From Ginglymostoma cirratum (taxonomy: Eukaryota), in assembly GCA_024137785.1 (NCBI GenBank), contig JAHRHZ010000061.1, positions 16,392,207 through 16,456,206 on the forward strand: a stretch of 64,000 bases of DNA, read 5' to 3'. Shown here one piece after another: positions 23,490 to 37,164 of this stretch. The position numbers were made by a program, and so were the translations under genes. Positions within the stretch are counted from its first letter, which is position 1. Every line of letters starts with the position of its first letter. The notes below the pieces were generated by a model. That model saw nothing but the letters and a program-made list of their open reading frames with translations, was not told the DNA's origin and did no database searches.

Positions 23490-26400
23490 GAGGGAATTCG
23501 ATGAAATTCGGTTCCCGGACTGAGGACTCAAATGCACCACATTGATGTATTTCTGTCTGCTAATTGTGACAGGGGAAGGATCAGTGGGACTATGCACCAA
23601 TATTCGTCTTTGCCTTTTGCACGTGAGTGTCCCTTCAGTTTACAAGGTTTCATAATATCTCTTCTCAAATACAGACCGCAGGGTGGATGAAAAGGTGTTT
23701 TCCCTTGTAGGAAATCCTGGAGTTAAGGGACGCAGTCTAAAACTAAGCAGTCTCTCATTTAAAACAAAGATGAGGAGAAAGGTGTTCGCGCAGAGAGTGG
23801 ACAGTATATGGAACTTTCTGCTCCAGGAAGTGCTGGAGATTGCACAAGTCATTTAATATTTTAAGGCAGAGGTTCTTGACTAACAAGGAAATAAACAATA
23901 AGGGAGTAGACATGAAAGTGGAGTTGAAACCACAATCAGATCAGTCATGATCCCATCATGTGGCAGAGTAAGGATGAAAGCCCAAGTGTCCTCCTCCTGT
24001 TTCTATGCTTCCTTAAACAGAAAAGGTTTCTGTTTAAGTGTCATCAAAATTAAGCAGTCTCAGTTCTCCAGCATGGATATTGCTTCACAAGTGCGTAGGC
24101 TGAGAAATTTGGCTCTCTGGTGTCAATGACAGCCTCAAAATGTCGAAAGGAAAGTGACAATTCTGCACACCCCTGGTAAAATCTGAGCAGCGCCCAGTGC
24201 TAGCAAGGGCATTCTCAGTGGTGCGCATATGTGCATCACAGATCAGATCCTATCATAACACCCATCACCGCATCTGACTTACAATTTAAAATCATATCTT
24301 CTAAAGTAACCATACCATACAGCATTGGGAAATGTGGGAGTACGTGTTCATCCATGGTTCGGAACACCTTGGCTCCGTTGGGGGACAGTGTGTGACTAGA
24401 TTGGCATGGTCACCTCACATGCCGGGGGCTTTCTCAAAGCCAGCTGAATCGATTATTGGCAAGGCTGCAGGGTGAGACAGAGTCATGCTTTTTTTGTCAC
24501 TATTTTTAAGCACTTGAAGTGAGGGATAGTCTTTACCTACAACACAAGGATGCCTCGGGGATTGTTCTTCAACTGTGGCTTGCACAGCACGCTAACGCTT
24601 AAACCCATGGGGATTCAATCCCATTCGCACTCTCCATCAGTATTAAAATTTGTTTTTTTAACTCCAGTCCTTGTGTATATATTGAAGGGTCAATCATAAA
24701 ATATGACAGCAGTTTCGGACATCATCTGCAGGAGGTAATAAGGTGTGGAGCTAGATGAACACAGCAGGCCTCTTCTCTTCAGAAAAAGCGTCCAGACCCG
24801 AAACATCAGCTTTCCTGCTCCTCTGATGCTGCCTGGCCTGCTGTGTTCATCAGGTTCCACACCTTGTTATCTCAGGCTCCAGCATCGGCAGTTCCTACTA
24901 TCTCATTCACAGGAGGTGACTTGCTGTTGAGCAGACGGTTATCAGCCTCTCACTTACCTTTGTAGATTCAAGAGATCACAGCCCAGTCTGTTGTCATTTG
25001 CCTTCTTCCTTCCTTTGAAGGCATGTTGTCTGAAGTTCTCTTCACATCCTTTGGTATGACATTCTGTGGGCTCTCTCTCACTCTGTCTTGACTGCCAATT
25101 AATTTGCACCCACAGCCATTTCTGGTTGATTCAGCTCTCTTTTGAAAAATAATTTTGGAATTACATGCTAAAAATGTCCACAGTGCTTCAGGGTTCTGAC
25201 CTGTACTCACACCATTAGCTGCGTTTCATAGAGTCATACAACACAGAAACAGACCCTTTAGTCCAACTCATCTGCACTGACCAGTCATGCAATCTGACCC
25301 AGTCCCATTTCCGGTATTTGGCCTATATCAATCTAAACCTTCTCATTCATATACCCATCCAGATGCCTGTTAAATGTTGTAATTGTACCCGCCTCCACCA
25401 CTTCCTCTGGCAGCTTATTCCATACAAGCACCACGATCTGCATGAAAAAAAATCCCTCAGGTCCTTTTTAAATCTTTCCCCTCTGACCTTAAAACTATTA
25501 ACTCAAGTTTTGGATTTCCCTACCCTAGGGAAAAGACCTCGTCTATTCACCTATCCATGGCCCTCATTTTTTTTATAAATCTCTATCTGATCACCCCACT
25601 GACTCTCGAGGATAAAAGTCCCAGCCCATTCAGCCTTGCCCTACAACTCAAACCCTCCAGTCTCAGCAACATCCTTGTAAATCTTTTCTGCAGACTCTGA
25701 AGGTTAACAACATCCTTCCTATAGAAGGGCAAGCAGAATTGTATGCAGTATTCTTGTCCTTGGGATGCAAGCCGCAATGCTTCAGGAGTGACATTGAAAA
25801 CTTGGGGGGGGGGTGGTGGGGAGCGAGCGGGGGTGATTCTCTGACAGTGGTCAGACAAATTAAGAAGGAACCTGGTGAGTACAGCTGGACAATAGAGGAG
25901 ATTCTTCTTTACCCAGCTTGACCACTTAGGATGTACTTCCAAAAGTTGAAATCTCAGAATCATTCAATGACCAATTCAGATGGTAAAGAAGATTGTTTTG
26001 GATGGATAAATTAAGAAAAAGCAAAGCCATTGATCATCTCTTTAGACACAGATATCTACTTAATCTCACTTCCCTGCTCGTTTCCTGTCACCTTATAAGT
26101 ATTGTCCTTCCAATAGTTCTTCAATTATCTTTGGAATGCCAGTATTGAATCTCTTTCCATCACCATTTCAAGCAGTGCATTCCAGATTGAAACAGCTCAC
26201 TGAATAAAGAAATGTCTTCTCATGTCACCTCAATTTCTTCTGTCAGTTATTTGAAATCTATGTCCTCTGATACCAATCCAGCTGCCAGCACAAGCAGTTT
26301 ATGTACTGCATTGAAATGAATGATGATTTTGAACGTCTCAAACAAATTTCATAGAATGAATGAGGTTAAGGTAGCAATTCGGAAACAAAAACAGAAGTTG

Positions 26401-26779
26401 CTGGATAGTCTCAGCAAGTCTGGCAGCATCTGTGAAGGAAAAAACAGTTAACATTTCGGGTCCAGTGACCCTTCCTCAGAACCTCCCTTGGTTTTTATTT
26501 AGGGTAGCAATTCAGCTCACTGTGCCTGTGTCCAATCTACCAATCATTTCAAATGAAAAGGTAAATGAAAATATGTCATCATGGGAATTTAGGCAGCATA
26601 TAGAAAGGAACAATCCTGCGTATGAACTAGTTGAAAACTGAGATGGGTGGTTGTGGGGATGGTGGAGAACTGTGAGTTCTTCCTTGGTGCATTAACTGAA
26701 ATGTGATACAAATTTCTAAACATTTTCAAGCGAAGATGTCCCTGCTCTGCCATGCCCAAGGAGGGAGTGATTTTGGATT

Positions 26780-27830
26780 TTGATCCTCAACGGCTATCGT
26801 TAGTCCCTTCCTATTTGTCATCCATATACTTTCCCTTGACAACATTATCCAAATTTATAGTATAAAGCCACACTGATGGTACACTGATGCTTTGAATAAA
26901 TCTCTCAGACACCCCACGGCCTATAAACTGTCACGTTGCCTGTCCAACATCCAATATTGGATGAACCCAAATTTTTTCCAACTAAGTGCAATGAAGACTG
27001 AAGCCACAAACCTCATTCCCTAGTCACCAGTTCTATTTCTCTGTTAGTGATTGTGACGACTTATCCGGCCATTCATATTCACCACTTACGTTTGAGGTGA
27101 TGATGGCTCAACAGAGATCCTGTGTTTCCACAGGGGCTGACTTGTTTGAGAACATTGAACATTTGCTTTTTGACTGGCTGCCCAATGCTCAGCTTTGGTA
27201 ATTAATCGTAGTTTTCTTAAAATGAGATTTGGTTTTCCCTCACTTCACCTTGATTTTGTCACTCGTGTCTATTGCTACTTTTGTCTTCATTAGATTTTCA
27301 CTGTTGGAACAATAGTTTGAGTGTGATGCGACATTAGCCTTTGGACTGGATTATTTGCCATGCCTTTGATAGGTATTTCGCTTCACTCAAGGAATGTCTT
27401 GAATGAGTCTGTGCATAATTTGCTTGATTTCTTTGACCCATTTGACAATTAACACTGCAGCCTCAGGATTTGCATTCAACTGAGGATGGTTTGGGTATGA
27501 TGTATAGTGTTGAATTTTCCAATCATTTATGAAGCGAATATAATCCTTGTCTCTTGAGTTGAGTGCGGTGCTCACTCATTACAATGTCTGGAATACCATT
27601 ATGACTTCTACAGTCTGACTGGTCATCACTGACATCACTTGGTCTAATTCCTGATACTCAGAATAGTACTTGGTAATGATCAGTTCGTGAAGAAGAGGAA
27701 GAGTGAAGACATTTACTCCAAGCTTTATCCATAATCCACCTGGGAAGTCTCGGGTCAAAGTACATGTTTATTTGCTGAGCTTGCTATTTGTTACAAGCAC
27801 TGAATTGGGTGATGTGGTGCATGAATTCAT
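26780..27830 (-). mobile_element. Degenerate Gypsy integrase remnant
   Basis: ORF 27387-27575 (-) (FINDWKIQHYTSYPNHPQLNANPEAAV) matches the integrase motif HxTSSPxxPQSNGxAE. A HGIPDIVMS-like motif lies upstream. Confidence 0.7.
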
Positions 27831-27856
27831 TGCTCATGTAATTTTCTTTAATTAAT

Positions 27857-28810
27857 TAGAGCTGTACAGCATGAAGACAGACCCTTTGGTCCAACCCATC
27901 CATGCCAACCAGATATCCTAAATTAATCTGGTCCCATTTGCCAGCACTTGGCCCATATCTCAATAAACCTTTCCTATTCATATACCCATCCCAATGCCCT
28001 TCAAATGCTGCAATTGTACCAGCCTCCACCACCTCCTCTGGCAGCTCATTCCATACTTGCACCATCCTCTGTGTGAAGAAGTTGCCCCTTAGGCCCCTTT
28101 TAAACCTTCCTCCGCTCACGTTAAACCTATGCCCTCTAGTTTTGGATCCCCCACCTTGGGGAAAAGACCTTGGCTATTCACCCTATCATGACTCTCATGA
28201 TTTCATAAACCTCTATAAGGTCAGCCCTCAGCCTCTGACATTTTAGGGAAAATAACCCTAGTCTATTCAGTCTCTCTGTATAGCTCAAACCCTCCAACCC
28301 TGGCAACAACCTTGTGAATCTTTTCTATCCCTCGCAAGTTTCACAACATCCTTCCTATAGCAGGGAAACCAGAATTGCACGCAGTATTCCAAAAGTAGCC
28401 TAACAATGTCCTGTATAGCTGTAACATGACCTTCCAAATCATATAGTCAATGACCAATAAATGCAAGCATACGTAATGCCTTCTTCACTATCCTATCTAG
28501 TAGTTTTCTTGAAATGAGATTTGGTTTTCTCTCACTTCACCTTGATTTTGTCACACATGTCTATTGCTACTTTTGTCTTCATTAGATTTTCACTGTTGGA
28601 ACAATAGTTTGAGTGTGATGCGACATTAGCCTTTGGACTGGATTATTTGCCATGCCTTTGATAGGTGTTTCGCTTCACTCAAGGAATGTCTTGAATGAGT
28701 CTGTGCATAATTTGCTTGATTTCTTTGACCCATTTGGCAATTAACACTGCAGCCTCAGGCTCCACGTTTAAGGAACTTTGAACCTGCACTCCAAGGTGTC
28801 TTTGTTGTGT
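27857..28810 (-). mobile_element. CR1/HER1-like LINE 3' fragment containing a foreign 260-bp insert
   Basis: ORF 27856-28119 (GNFFTQRMVQVWNELPEEVV). CR1 sequence resumes at 28760 after the insert. Confidence 0.85.
28500..28759 (+). repeat. 260-bp direct duplicate of 27208-27467
   Basis: Read base by base: same length, about 6 substitutions. Confidence 0.95.
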
Positions 28811-31800
28811 AGCTATTTCATTGTTTTACCACTGAAAGCGGAAACAATTCTGAATATGTTTCATATCTCTTTCACGTTCCAGCAAGGATTGGAAAATGCA
28901 TAGTCATTTTGACTCGCCCCTTAATTCAAAGTTTCAGATTGCTGTCATTTACTTTATAGTAGCTATCTTGCAGCTCTGAAAATTCACTCTATCTCAGCTG
29001 TACCAGTCCTCATATCATGTTCCAAGTGAAGCGTCGAATGGTTGCTACAGACTCCACAAGGGGGCACTTATGATCCATGACAGGTCATACAATCATGACA
29101 AGGTAGGCAGTACACTCAGTTGAATTGCATTGCTGTAGACATAGGCTGAATCTGGGCAAACCTTTCCCTAGAGAGAGGCACATATGATACATGCCAGGTG
29201 AGTTATTCAAGCAAGAACTAGACCATATACAGATGGAGGATGACGAGATGAGCAGAATAACGGTTATATAAACCCACAAACTAACTGGCATGCAAATAAT
29301 AAATTGATATGTGTCTGGGTCTGGCTATCATAGAATCATAGATCTCGTTTCACCCGCCAGTGGAAACAACCTCCCTGCTTCTATCTTATCTATTTCCTTC
29401 ACTATTTTATATGTTCCTATAAGATCCCCCGCCTCATTCTTCTAAATTCCAATGAGTATAGTCCCAGTCTATTCAATCTCTCCTCATAAGGTAACCCTCT
29501 CAACTGCAGAATCAATCTCGTGAGCCACCTTTATTTGAGAAACGGTTAAAGAATTTCCCAGGTCAGTCATTTTAACATTAGTAGTGGGTAAGATTTTAAA
29601 AACAATAAGGGGGGGACAAAGATCAAAAAAGATTGGCAAGATCTAAGTTAGTTAGGGCATTGCAGTATGCATTTATATCAAACTGATTACACTTGTCTAG
29701 TTTAACTGAATTTGTTGATGCATTATTGGAGAAGGTGGATGACAGGAATGCAGTGGATGTTGTCTTAATGGTTTTGAGCCAAATATTTGATAAATTACCT
29801 CATAAAAGACTGGTCGGGAACTGACTATCTTGGATTAGAAGGGTCAGATCAGATAAAAACAAAAATTGATTTAAGGACAGGATTGTGCAAGAGTCATAGA
29901 GGTCTATAGCATAGAAAAAGAGTCTGTACCAATCAAAATCAATCTAACTATTTTGATCCCATTTTCCCATACTTGGCCCATAGCTTTATATGCCATGGCA
30001 TCGCAAATGTGTATTTAATATTTCTCAAATATTATGTTAAGAGTAAGACAGGTGAAAAGAAAGCATTGTTACCATTTAGCGGATGGTACAAGAATGATGG
30101 ACACAGCTTTAAGATTTTGGCCAAGGGTTGCAATTTAGGGAAAGGTGAAGTGCTCCCTGGCAACCACTGAACCAGTGCAACATCTGGAATTATGATCTGT
30201 GAAATTTCGGAATATGAATCGCAAATAATCAAACCCAAAAGTTGTATCCATGTTGATAAATGAAAATATTATTGTGGGGAAAGAAAGAGTGGAATTAAAT
30301 GGAGAACTGTGTCAAAGAGCTAGCATACATGCAATGAGCTGAACAACCTTCTTTTGAACAGTATCAAACTATGATAATGAGGAAGTTACTTAATGTTTAT
30401 CTAGTGGGCTGTCCTTAATTCATTGTGGGGCTCTGTGAAAGTAAGTACATTTAGATATGCAGGGCAATCAGGTTGAACATTGAATGATGAAATTAAACCC
30501 CAATAAAATGTTAAACATTGAATGGCAGAAGAGAATGTATGTGATACGAATATGGAATGGGTACTTTATTCTGGTAGGGAAAGGGTTAGAGCAGTTTGGT
30601 TTGAGTTATGGAAGTTCTCCAACTGGCAAAAGCTTGGTGTGAAGATAAATCAGCTTTGGAATAATATTTGAATTGCCAATTTATTTGAAACTTGCAGGCT
30701 GAAATCACATAGTGTGGTATTAACAACTATTGGGTTGGCTTGGTATATGAAATTTGTCCATTTGTTATTTGCATAGAGACCGCTGGTTGATGAATTTGTT
30801 AAAATGTAGGACAGAAGAATGCCTTTCAGCATACTTGTTCATGCAATAACACATTTGTCACTAATATACTGCAGCTTCGAAGCTAATTCTTAAATCACTG
30901 CACAAACGTCGGGACAGTCAGCCAAGTCCAAATGATCAATACAAAACCACAGACTTACTAACAGTGAGGTGAGCAGCAAACTATCATTTTAGCCTTTTTT
31001 TGCATAGGGTAGGATTGCATTCCCTACCTTTGCTTTGGTAGTCTGAAAGATATTAACATTTCCACAAAAGTGTTTTCTTGCACTAAGCCTTGGATGCATG
31101 CTGGGTGCACACTTCAACTTTTTTTTCATATGACATGGCTGACTTTGAAATTTTTTGCGTCCTTCAGTAAATTTAGACTTTCATGACATATCAAAGATGA
31201 GCATTTATTCCAGTAATTTAATATTGATTTTCAAGGCAGTGCTTTATAAACAGATCTGCGAGGCCCTCCTAAAATGACTTTCACCTTTTTCCAATATGTT
31301 CATTCCAGTGGCATGGTGGTTAGCACTGTTGCCTCACAGTACCAGAGACCTAGGTTTGATTCCATCCATGGGTGACTGTCTGCGTGGTGCTTGTACATTG
31401 TCCCCGTGTCTCCGTGGGTTTCCTCCGGGTGCTCCGGTTTACTCACACAGACCAAAGGTGTGCGGGCTAGGTGGACTGGCTATGCTAACTTGTGCCACAG
31501 TGTCCAGGGATGTGCAGGGTAGGTGGTTTAGCCATGGGGAATGCAGTGTTATAGGGAGTCAGTGGGATGCTCTTCGGATGATTGGTTTGGATTTGATGGG
31601 CCAAAAGGCCTGCTTCCTGTACTGTAGAGAATCTATTAAAATGGTGCATGCCTTCTGGCTGTTCCCCCTGCACCCCCATCTCCTCTACCAATATGTTCTG
31701 CACCACTTAACATTGTCCTGGCTTAATGAGGTAGAATTACAGGGCACTTACAGCATAAAACTGCCACTGAGTCCACCTGCCCCACCAACGTGTTTATCAC

Positions 31801-32852
31801 TAGACTATCAGTCTTCTGAAACCTATAAGCAAAACATTCTTTTCCCTCTCTCCTGTGTTGATCTAGCTTCCCTAAATATGCTCTTCATCTGAGCTGTACC
31901 TGAATTAGAAACAGCTCTGATAAGCTTCACTCAGCTGATCTCTGGGATAGGAGGGTTTCCTTATTGTGAAAGGTTGATCAGGCTGGGTCTACATTAATTC
32001 AAGATAATAAGAATGAGAGGTGACCTCAATAAAACATATTAGACTCTGACAGGGCATTCTTGGTGGAATCTAGCAGTAGGGAATACAGATTATATATAAG
32101 AGATTAAAGCAGAGATGAGAAGGAATTTCTTCTCTCTGGAGCTTATTAGTGGTCAGAACTCTCTTCCGTAGGGAGCTGTGAAGGCTGGGTCACTGAATAT
32201 ATTCAAAGCTGAGACAGATTTTAGACTGGCAAGGATTCAAGAGTTAGGAGGGCAGGCAGGAAAGTATATCTAAGGGCACAGTCACATCAGCCGTGATCTT
32301 ATTGAATGGTGGAACAGGCTGGATGGGTTGAATGGCCTTTGACTACTTCAATTTGGAAAGTTCTTATGCTCTTACCTTTTCTTTGTGCTAACAAATATCA
32401 TCCAATAAACTACCTTGTGGATAGAAAATGTTTCCCTAAATTCTTTATAGGGTTTATTCCTGACCATTTTATATTCATAGCTATAGTTTTGGTCTTATCT
32501 CCTCCATGCCCAGGGGATTGCTGGTGCATGATTTAAAAAAATTAATCATTTCCATTGCATTTTTTTTAACTATTATGTAGCAATGAATTGATAAAGGTGT
32601 AGAGCTGGATGAGCACAGCAGGCCAAGCAGCATCAGAGGAGCAGGAAGGCTGACGTTCAGTTAGTAGGACTCTTGCCTTTTTGTAAGAACATCACACCCT
32701 CAAAATCCACTCCAGGACATGAGCACATAATCTGTGCTGTCATTCAGGCCAAAAACTGAGGGAATGCTACAAAAGCGTGATCAGATTCAAATGGATATTC
32801 TTGACTCTCATGCAATTATTTCAATCTTTCTGGTCTCCTATTCAACATATAG

Positions 32853-34460
32853 TGGATATTCACTATAAACCCATCGACTCCCGCAGCTACCTGCACTATA
32901 CATCCTCGCACCCTGCTTCCTGTAAAGACTCCATTCCATTCTCCCAGTTCCACGTTCTCCGACGTATATGTTCAGATTAGGCCAAGTTTGACAAGGGAGC
33001 CTCTGAAATTTCCACCTTCTTCCTCAACTGAGGATTCCCCAGCTCCATTGTCAACAGGGCCCTCAACTAGGTCCGACACATTTCCCGCACTTCCGCCGTC
33101 ACCCCGTCTCTTCCCTCCCACAACAGTGATAGGGTTCCCCTTGTCCTTACCTACCTTCCCATCAGCATCCACATCCAGAAGATCGTCGGATGCCATTTCT
33201 GCCACCTCCAGCGCGATGCCACCACCAGACACATATTCCCCTCCCCTCCCTTGTCCACTTTCTGCAGGGACCGTTCCCTCTAGGACGCCCTGTGGTCCAC
33301 TCTTCCATCACTCACAGCAGTGCCCCCTCTCCACCCCACAGAAACTTCCCCAGCAACTGGCGAAGGTGTAATACCTCCCCATTCCTCCCTCCCCGCCACT
33401 ATCCAAGAACCAAACATATTTTCCAACACTTCACCTGCACTACCCAGAATCTAGTCTACTGCATTTGCTGCTCACAATTTAGTGTCATAGATCATAGAAT
33501 CCCTGCAGTGTGGAAACAGGCCCTTCAGCCCAACAAGTCCACACTGACCCTCAGAGCATCTCACCCAGACCCATACCCTATCACTCACCTACTCTACATA
33601 TCCCTGAACACGATGGGCAATTTAGCATGGTCAATCCGCCTAGCCTGCACATCTTTGGACTGTGGGGGGGAAACTGGATCACGCAGAGGAAACCCACACA
33701 GATACCGGGAGAATATATAAACTCCACTCAGACAGTCACCTGAGGGTGGAATCGAACCCGGGTCCCTGTGGCTGTGAGCCACTGTGCCGCGTCTCTATGT
33801 CTCCTCTACACTGGGGAAACTAAGCAGAGACTGGGTGACTACTTCGCAGAACATCTACATTCTCCTCGCAAAAAAAGACCCTGAGCTTCCAGTTGCCTGC
33901 CACCTTAACACACCTCCCTGTTCCCTGGCCAACATCTCTGTCTCAGGCTTGCTGCAGTTTTCCAGTGAAGCTCAGCACAAACTGGAAGAACAACACCTCA
34001 TTTTCTGCATGGGGACCCTGCAGTCCTCCAGACTCAATATCGAATTCAATAATTTTAGGACTTGATCTCTCCCATGTCCCAGCCCCCTAACCCACACCAA
34101 GCCTTGTTATCATATCGCCTGCCATTACACACTGCCTGTTGTTAGTCACTAATAGTCCCCATTAACAACTATTCACCCTCCTAGCCAGATCGTTATCAAC
34201 TCCCTTGTCTGTTCAACTGTTCTTCTCTCTCTTTGGGCTCGATCCTTTATCCTATCGTTTACTTCTTACCCCATCCCTCTCCCTACCTTCTGCATATAAA
34301 CCGACATTTTCTTAGCTACCATTAGTTTTGAGGAAGGGTCACAGGACTCAAACGTTAACTGTTTTTTTCCTTCACAGATGCTGCCAGACCGGCTAAGCTT
34401 CAACAGCAACTTTTGTTTTTGTTCCTGATTTACAGCATCTGCAGCTCTTTTGCTTTTTTT
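32853..34460 (+). mobile_element. Penelope-like element family B (RT thumb, GIY-YIG, pLTR), split by an HE1 SINE
   Basis: DIHYKPIDSRSYLHYTSSHP, NLVYCICCSQ and EEQHLIFCMGTLQ motifs. The pLTR carries a hammerhead-like tgaggaagggtcacaggactcaaacgtt at about 34329-34357. Confidence 0.85.
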
Positions 34461-37164
34461 TTGAAAAAAGCATAAGTTTTAGCCCTCGGTTTTTAAGTCT
34501 AACTTCAACCTAACAAAGGCAGAACCCTCTGAATGCTGAGACACTGAGGGTTTTTCAGATGGTTCCAAACACAGGCTGTCTCGCTAATCTGAATTTTCAG
34601 TTTCCCACTGTAATTCCCACAGAATCCAACTCCAGCCTGTGCTGCTCCGACAACTGGATGGCTATTGGAATATCCAGGTCATTGTTCCCATGAGAGTCAT
34701 GTCATTTTGAAAGCAATACGTTATTGGTTTCACCTATGTATTGTTCAGTTCTGTGCAAACAACTCAAGGAATTTTGGCCATTTTTCAAAGCAGTATGAAT
34801 TGTGGCTGAGTTGGAGAGCCTGTAGGCAACACACCTGACACCAGCAGATACTGGTTAAATATTAAACTTTGATTTGGTTTCTGCAGACTTTAACCTTCAA
34901 TTTAGTCACAAAATCCTTCCGGGTCTGAAATGAGGTGATAATTGGACTCATTTATATTTTGCCCGTGTCCTCAAATCAGATTTTACCCCTTCTCCAAATT
35001 TTTCAGGTAACAAAGTTTTGTTTCGACAATATTTCTTTTTACTTCTCTTGAAATTGACCTTTGTGGCCTTTATTTTGCACTTTGAAGACTAACATTATTT
35101 TGGGCTTTTGTCCTAGACTTATGTTGACTTCTGCTCACTGCAATACCAAGAATACGTCAGAACGTGCTTCACTGATTTACTAGAGCTGGTGTGCACTTCA
35201 CGGAAGTAAGAAAATGAAAGTTTTACTTTCTTCTTGGCGAGGCCAACGAGCAGGTATGAAATACATTTACATTTTAAAGATTCGCTGCTTTGAGTTCAGG
35301 AGGAAGTTAACGTGATTAAAAATGCCATTTGATTAGGATTAAAATTTTGTAACAAGAACAACTAGGATGTTTAACTCAACTGGCAACCGGTCAACAGAAG
35401 GGTTTGTTTGCTTCAGAGTTTTTTGAAAATTCTCTCATGGGGTGTGGACATTGTTTGTTGACCATCCCATGTTGCCCTTGAACTGGGCATTTCAGAGAGT
35501 AAAGAGACAACCACTGCCATACACCTGAAATGTAAACCATATCAAGGAAGGACAGCTGAATTCCTCCCCGAAAGGATATTTGTGAACCAGTGGGCTTTTA
35601 TGATGAGTTTTTTCGTTCTTAACATGTTTCACTTTTTAATTGAATCCAGATTTTACTGCTGCCATTAAGAAACCTTAATCTGGATCCTGGGTTGGTGACA
35701 TTACTGCTATGTCACTGCATCAACAGTTCCCTTACTCATATGTTATTGACAAATGTGGCAGGGGAGACATTTTGACGACTGAAGGAGGAGTATTACAGAG
35801 ATGGTGAAGCAGAGGGTAGTGGGAGGAATTGGTTTTGTTAATGTCCATGTTTTGGAGGAGTGGCCCAGAGGGAACAGTCCCTGTGGAAGGCTGACAAGGG
35901 AGGGGAAGGGATTATGTGTCCGATGGTGGCATCTCACTGGAGGTGATAGAAATGGCAGCTAATGATCCTCTGGGATGGGGGTTGGAAGTGTAAAGGGATT
36001 ACATGTCCATGGTAAAGAGAAGGTGGCTGGAGCCCTACAACTGGAAATTCTGAAACTAACTTAATGTGTTCAAAGAATCACATGTAAATGATGCTCCTAC
36101 TCATGACAGGTGTTATCAGCAGCTTTTTGTGTTGTCCAAATCCAACGTGACGTGTGGTCGGTGCTATAGTTACTTGAAGCAGACCTCAAGGCTTTCTGGC
36201 TCAGAACATTTGCTTCCAGATGTGAAAGTACTAACAAGTTTGGAATGATATTGTTGGAGAATGAGCAAAGGCCATCCAGAACAGGTCAAGTTGCTGCAAG
36301 AGGGAGGAGCAGAGGGAAGAAACCTCTCATCTGATGGCCCAGGGTGTTGGGTGAGCAATTTTCTGACCTTGACCTTTAGTGAGAAACAACATGAGAGAGA
36401 TCTGTGCTTAAGTGTCCTCACTGAAATAAAAATTGAAAGAACTATGGATGCTGTAAAGTTCCTCAGCCTGAGGAAGGGTCACCGGGCTTGAAATGTTAAA
36501 TCTGATTTCTCTTCACAGATGCTGCCAGACCTGCTGAGCTTTTCCACCAACTTCTGGTTTTGTTCCTCACTGAAATATGTCACTGGATGCAGTTACTGCT
36601 ATAAAATGAGGACTGGGTACAGACAGGATTGCCAGAGATTGTGAAGATGAATGCAGTAACAAAGTTTTATGTATCAGGACCCTTTCAGGCTGGAACTGGG
36701 CAAATTATGAATACTTCACAGTTTGCACCACTGTTGAATAACGGAAGTCACTGAGGCTCTTTTTTCAAAGAGATATCACAACATTTTATTTTATCTTCTT
36801 AAGGAGAAGCAGGGGAGTAAGGATCAAAAACAGAAATTGCTGGCTAATCTCTGTAGGCCTGGCAGCATCTGTGGAGAGAAATCATTTAACGTTTTGGGTT
36901 GAGTGACCTTTCCTCAGAACTCAGCAAGGATGTAGCCCCAAATTATGCCCTAGAGCAGAGTACCATTCAATGCACACACGTCATTTTGTAGTTTGTTGTG
37001 CGTCAACTTCACCCTATACTGGGATCAGAGAGTGTGGGGACAAAGCGAAAACAGGGTATGGAGTTGGATGTTCACCTACAATTATACTGGATGATGAGGA
37101 GCCTCAAAGGACCACATAGATTACTTCTGCTCCTGTAATCTACTTCTTTGTAAAGTCTTTAGGA

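Noticed and set aside
31296-31892. 198-aa ORF and similar WLALLPH...-containing ORFs
   Set aside because: They are translations of HE1 SINE sequence and recur at every SINE copy.
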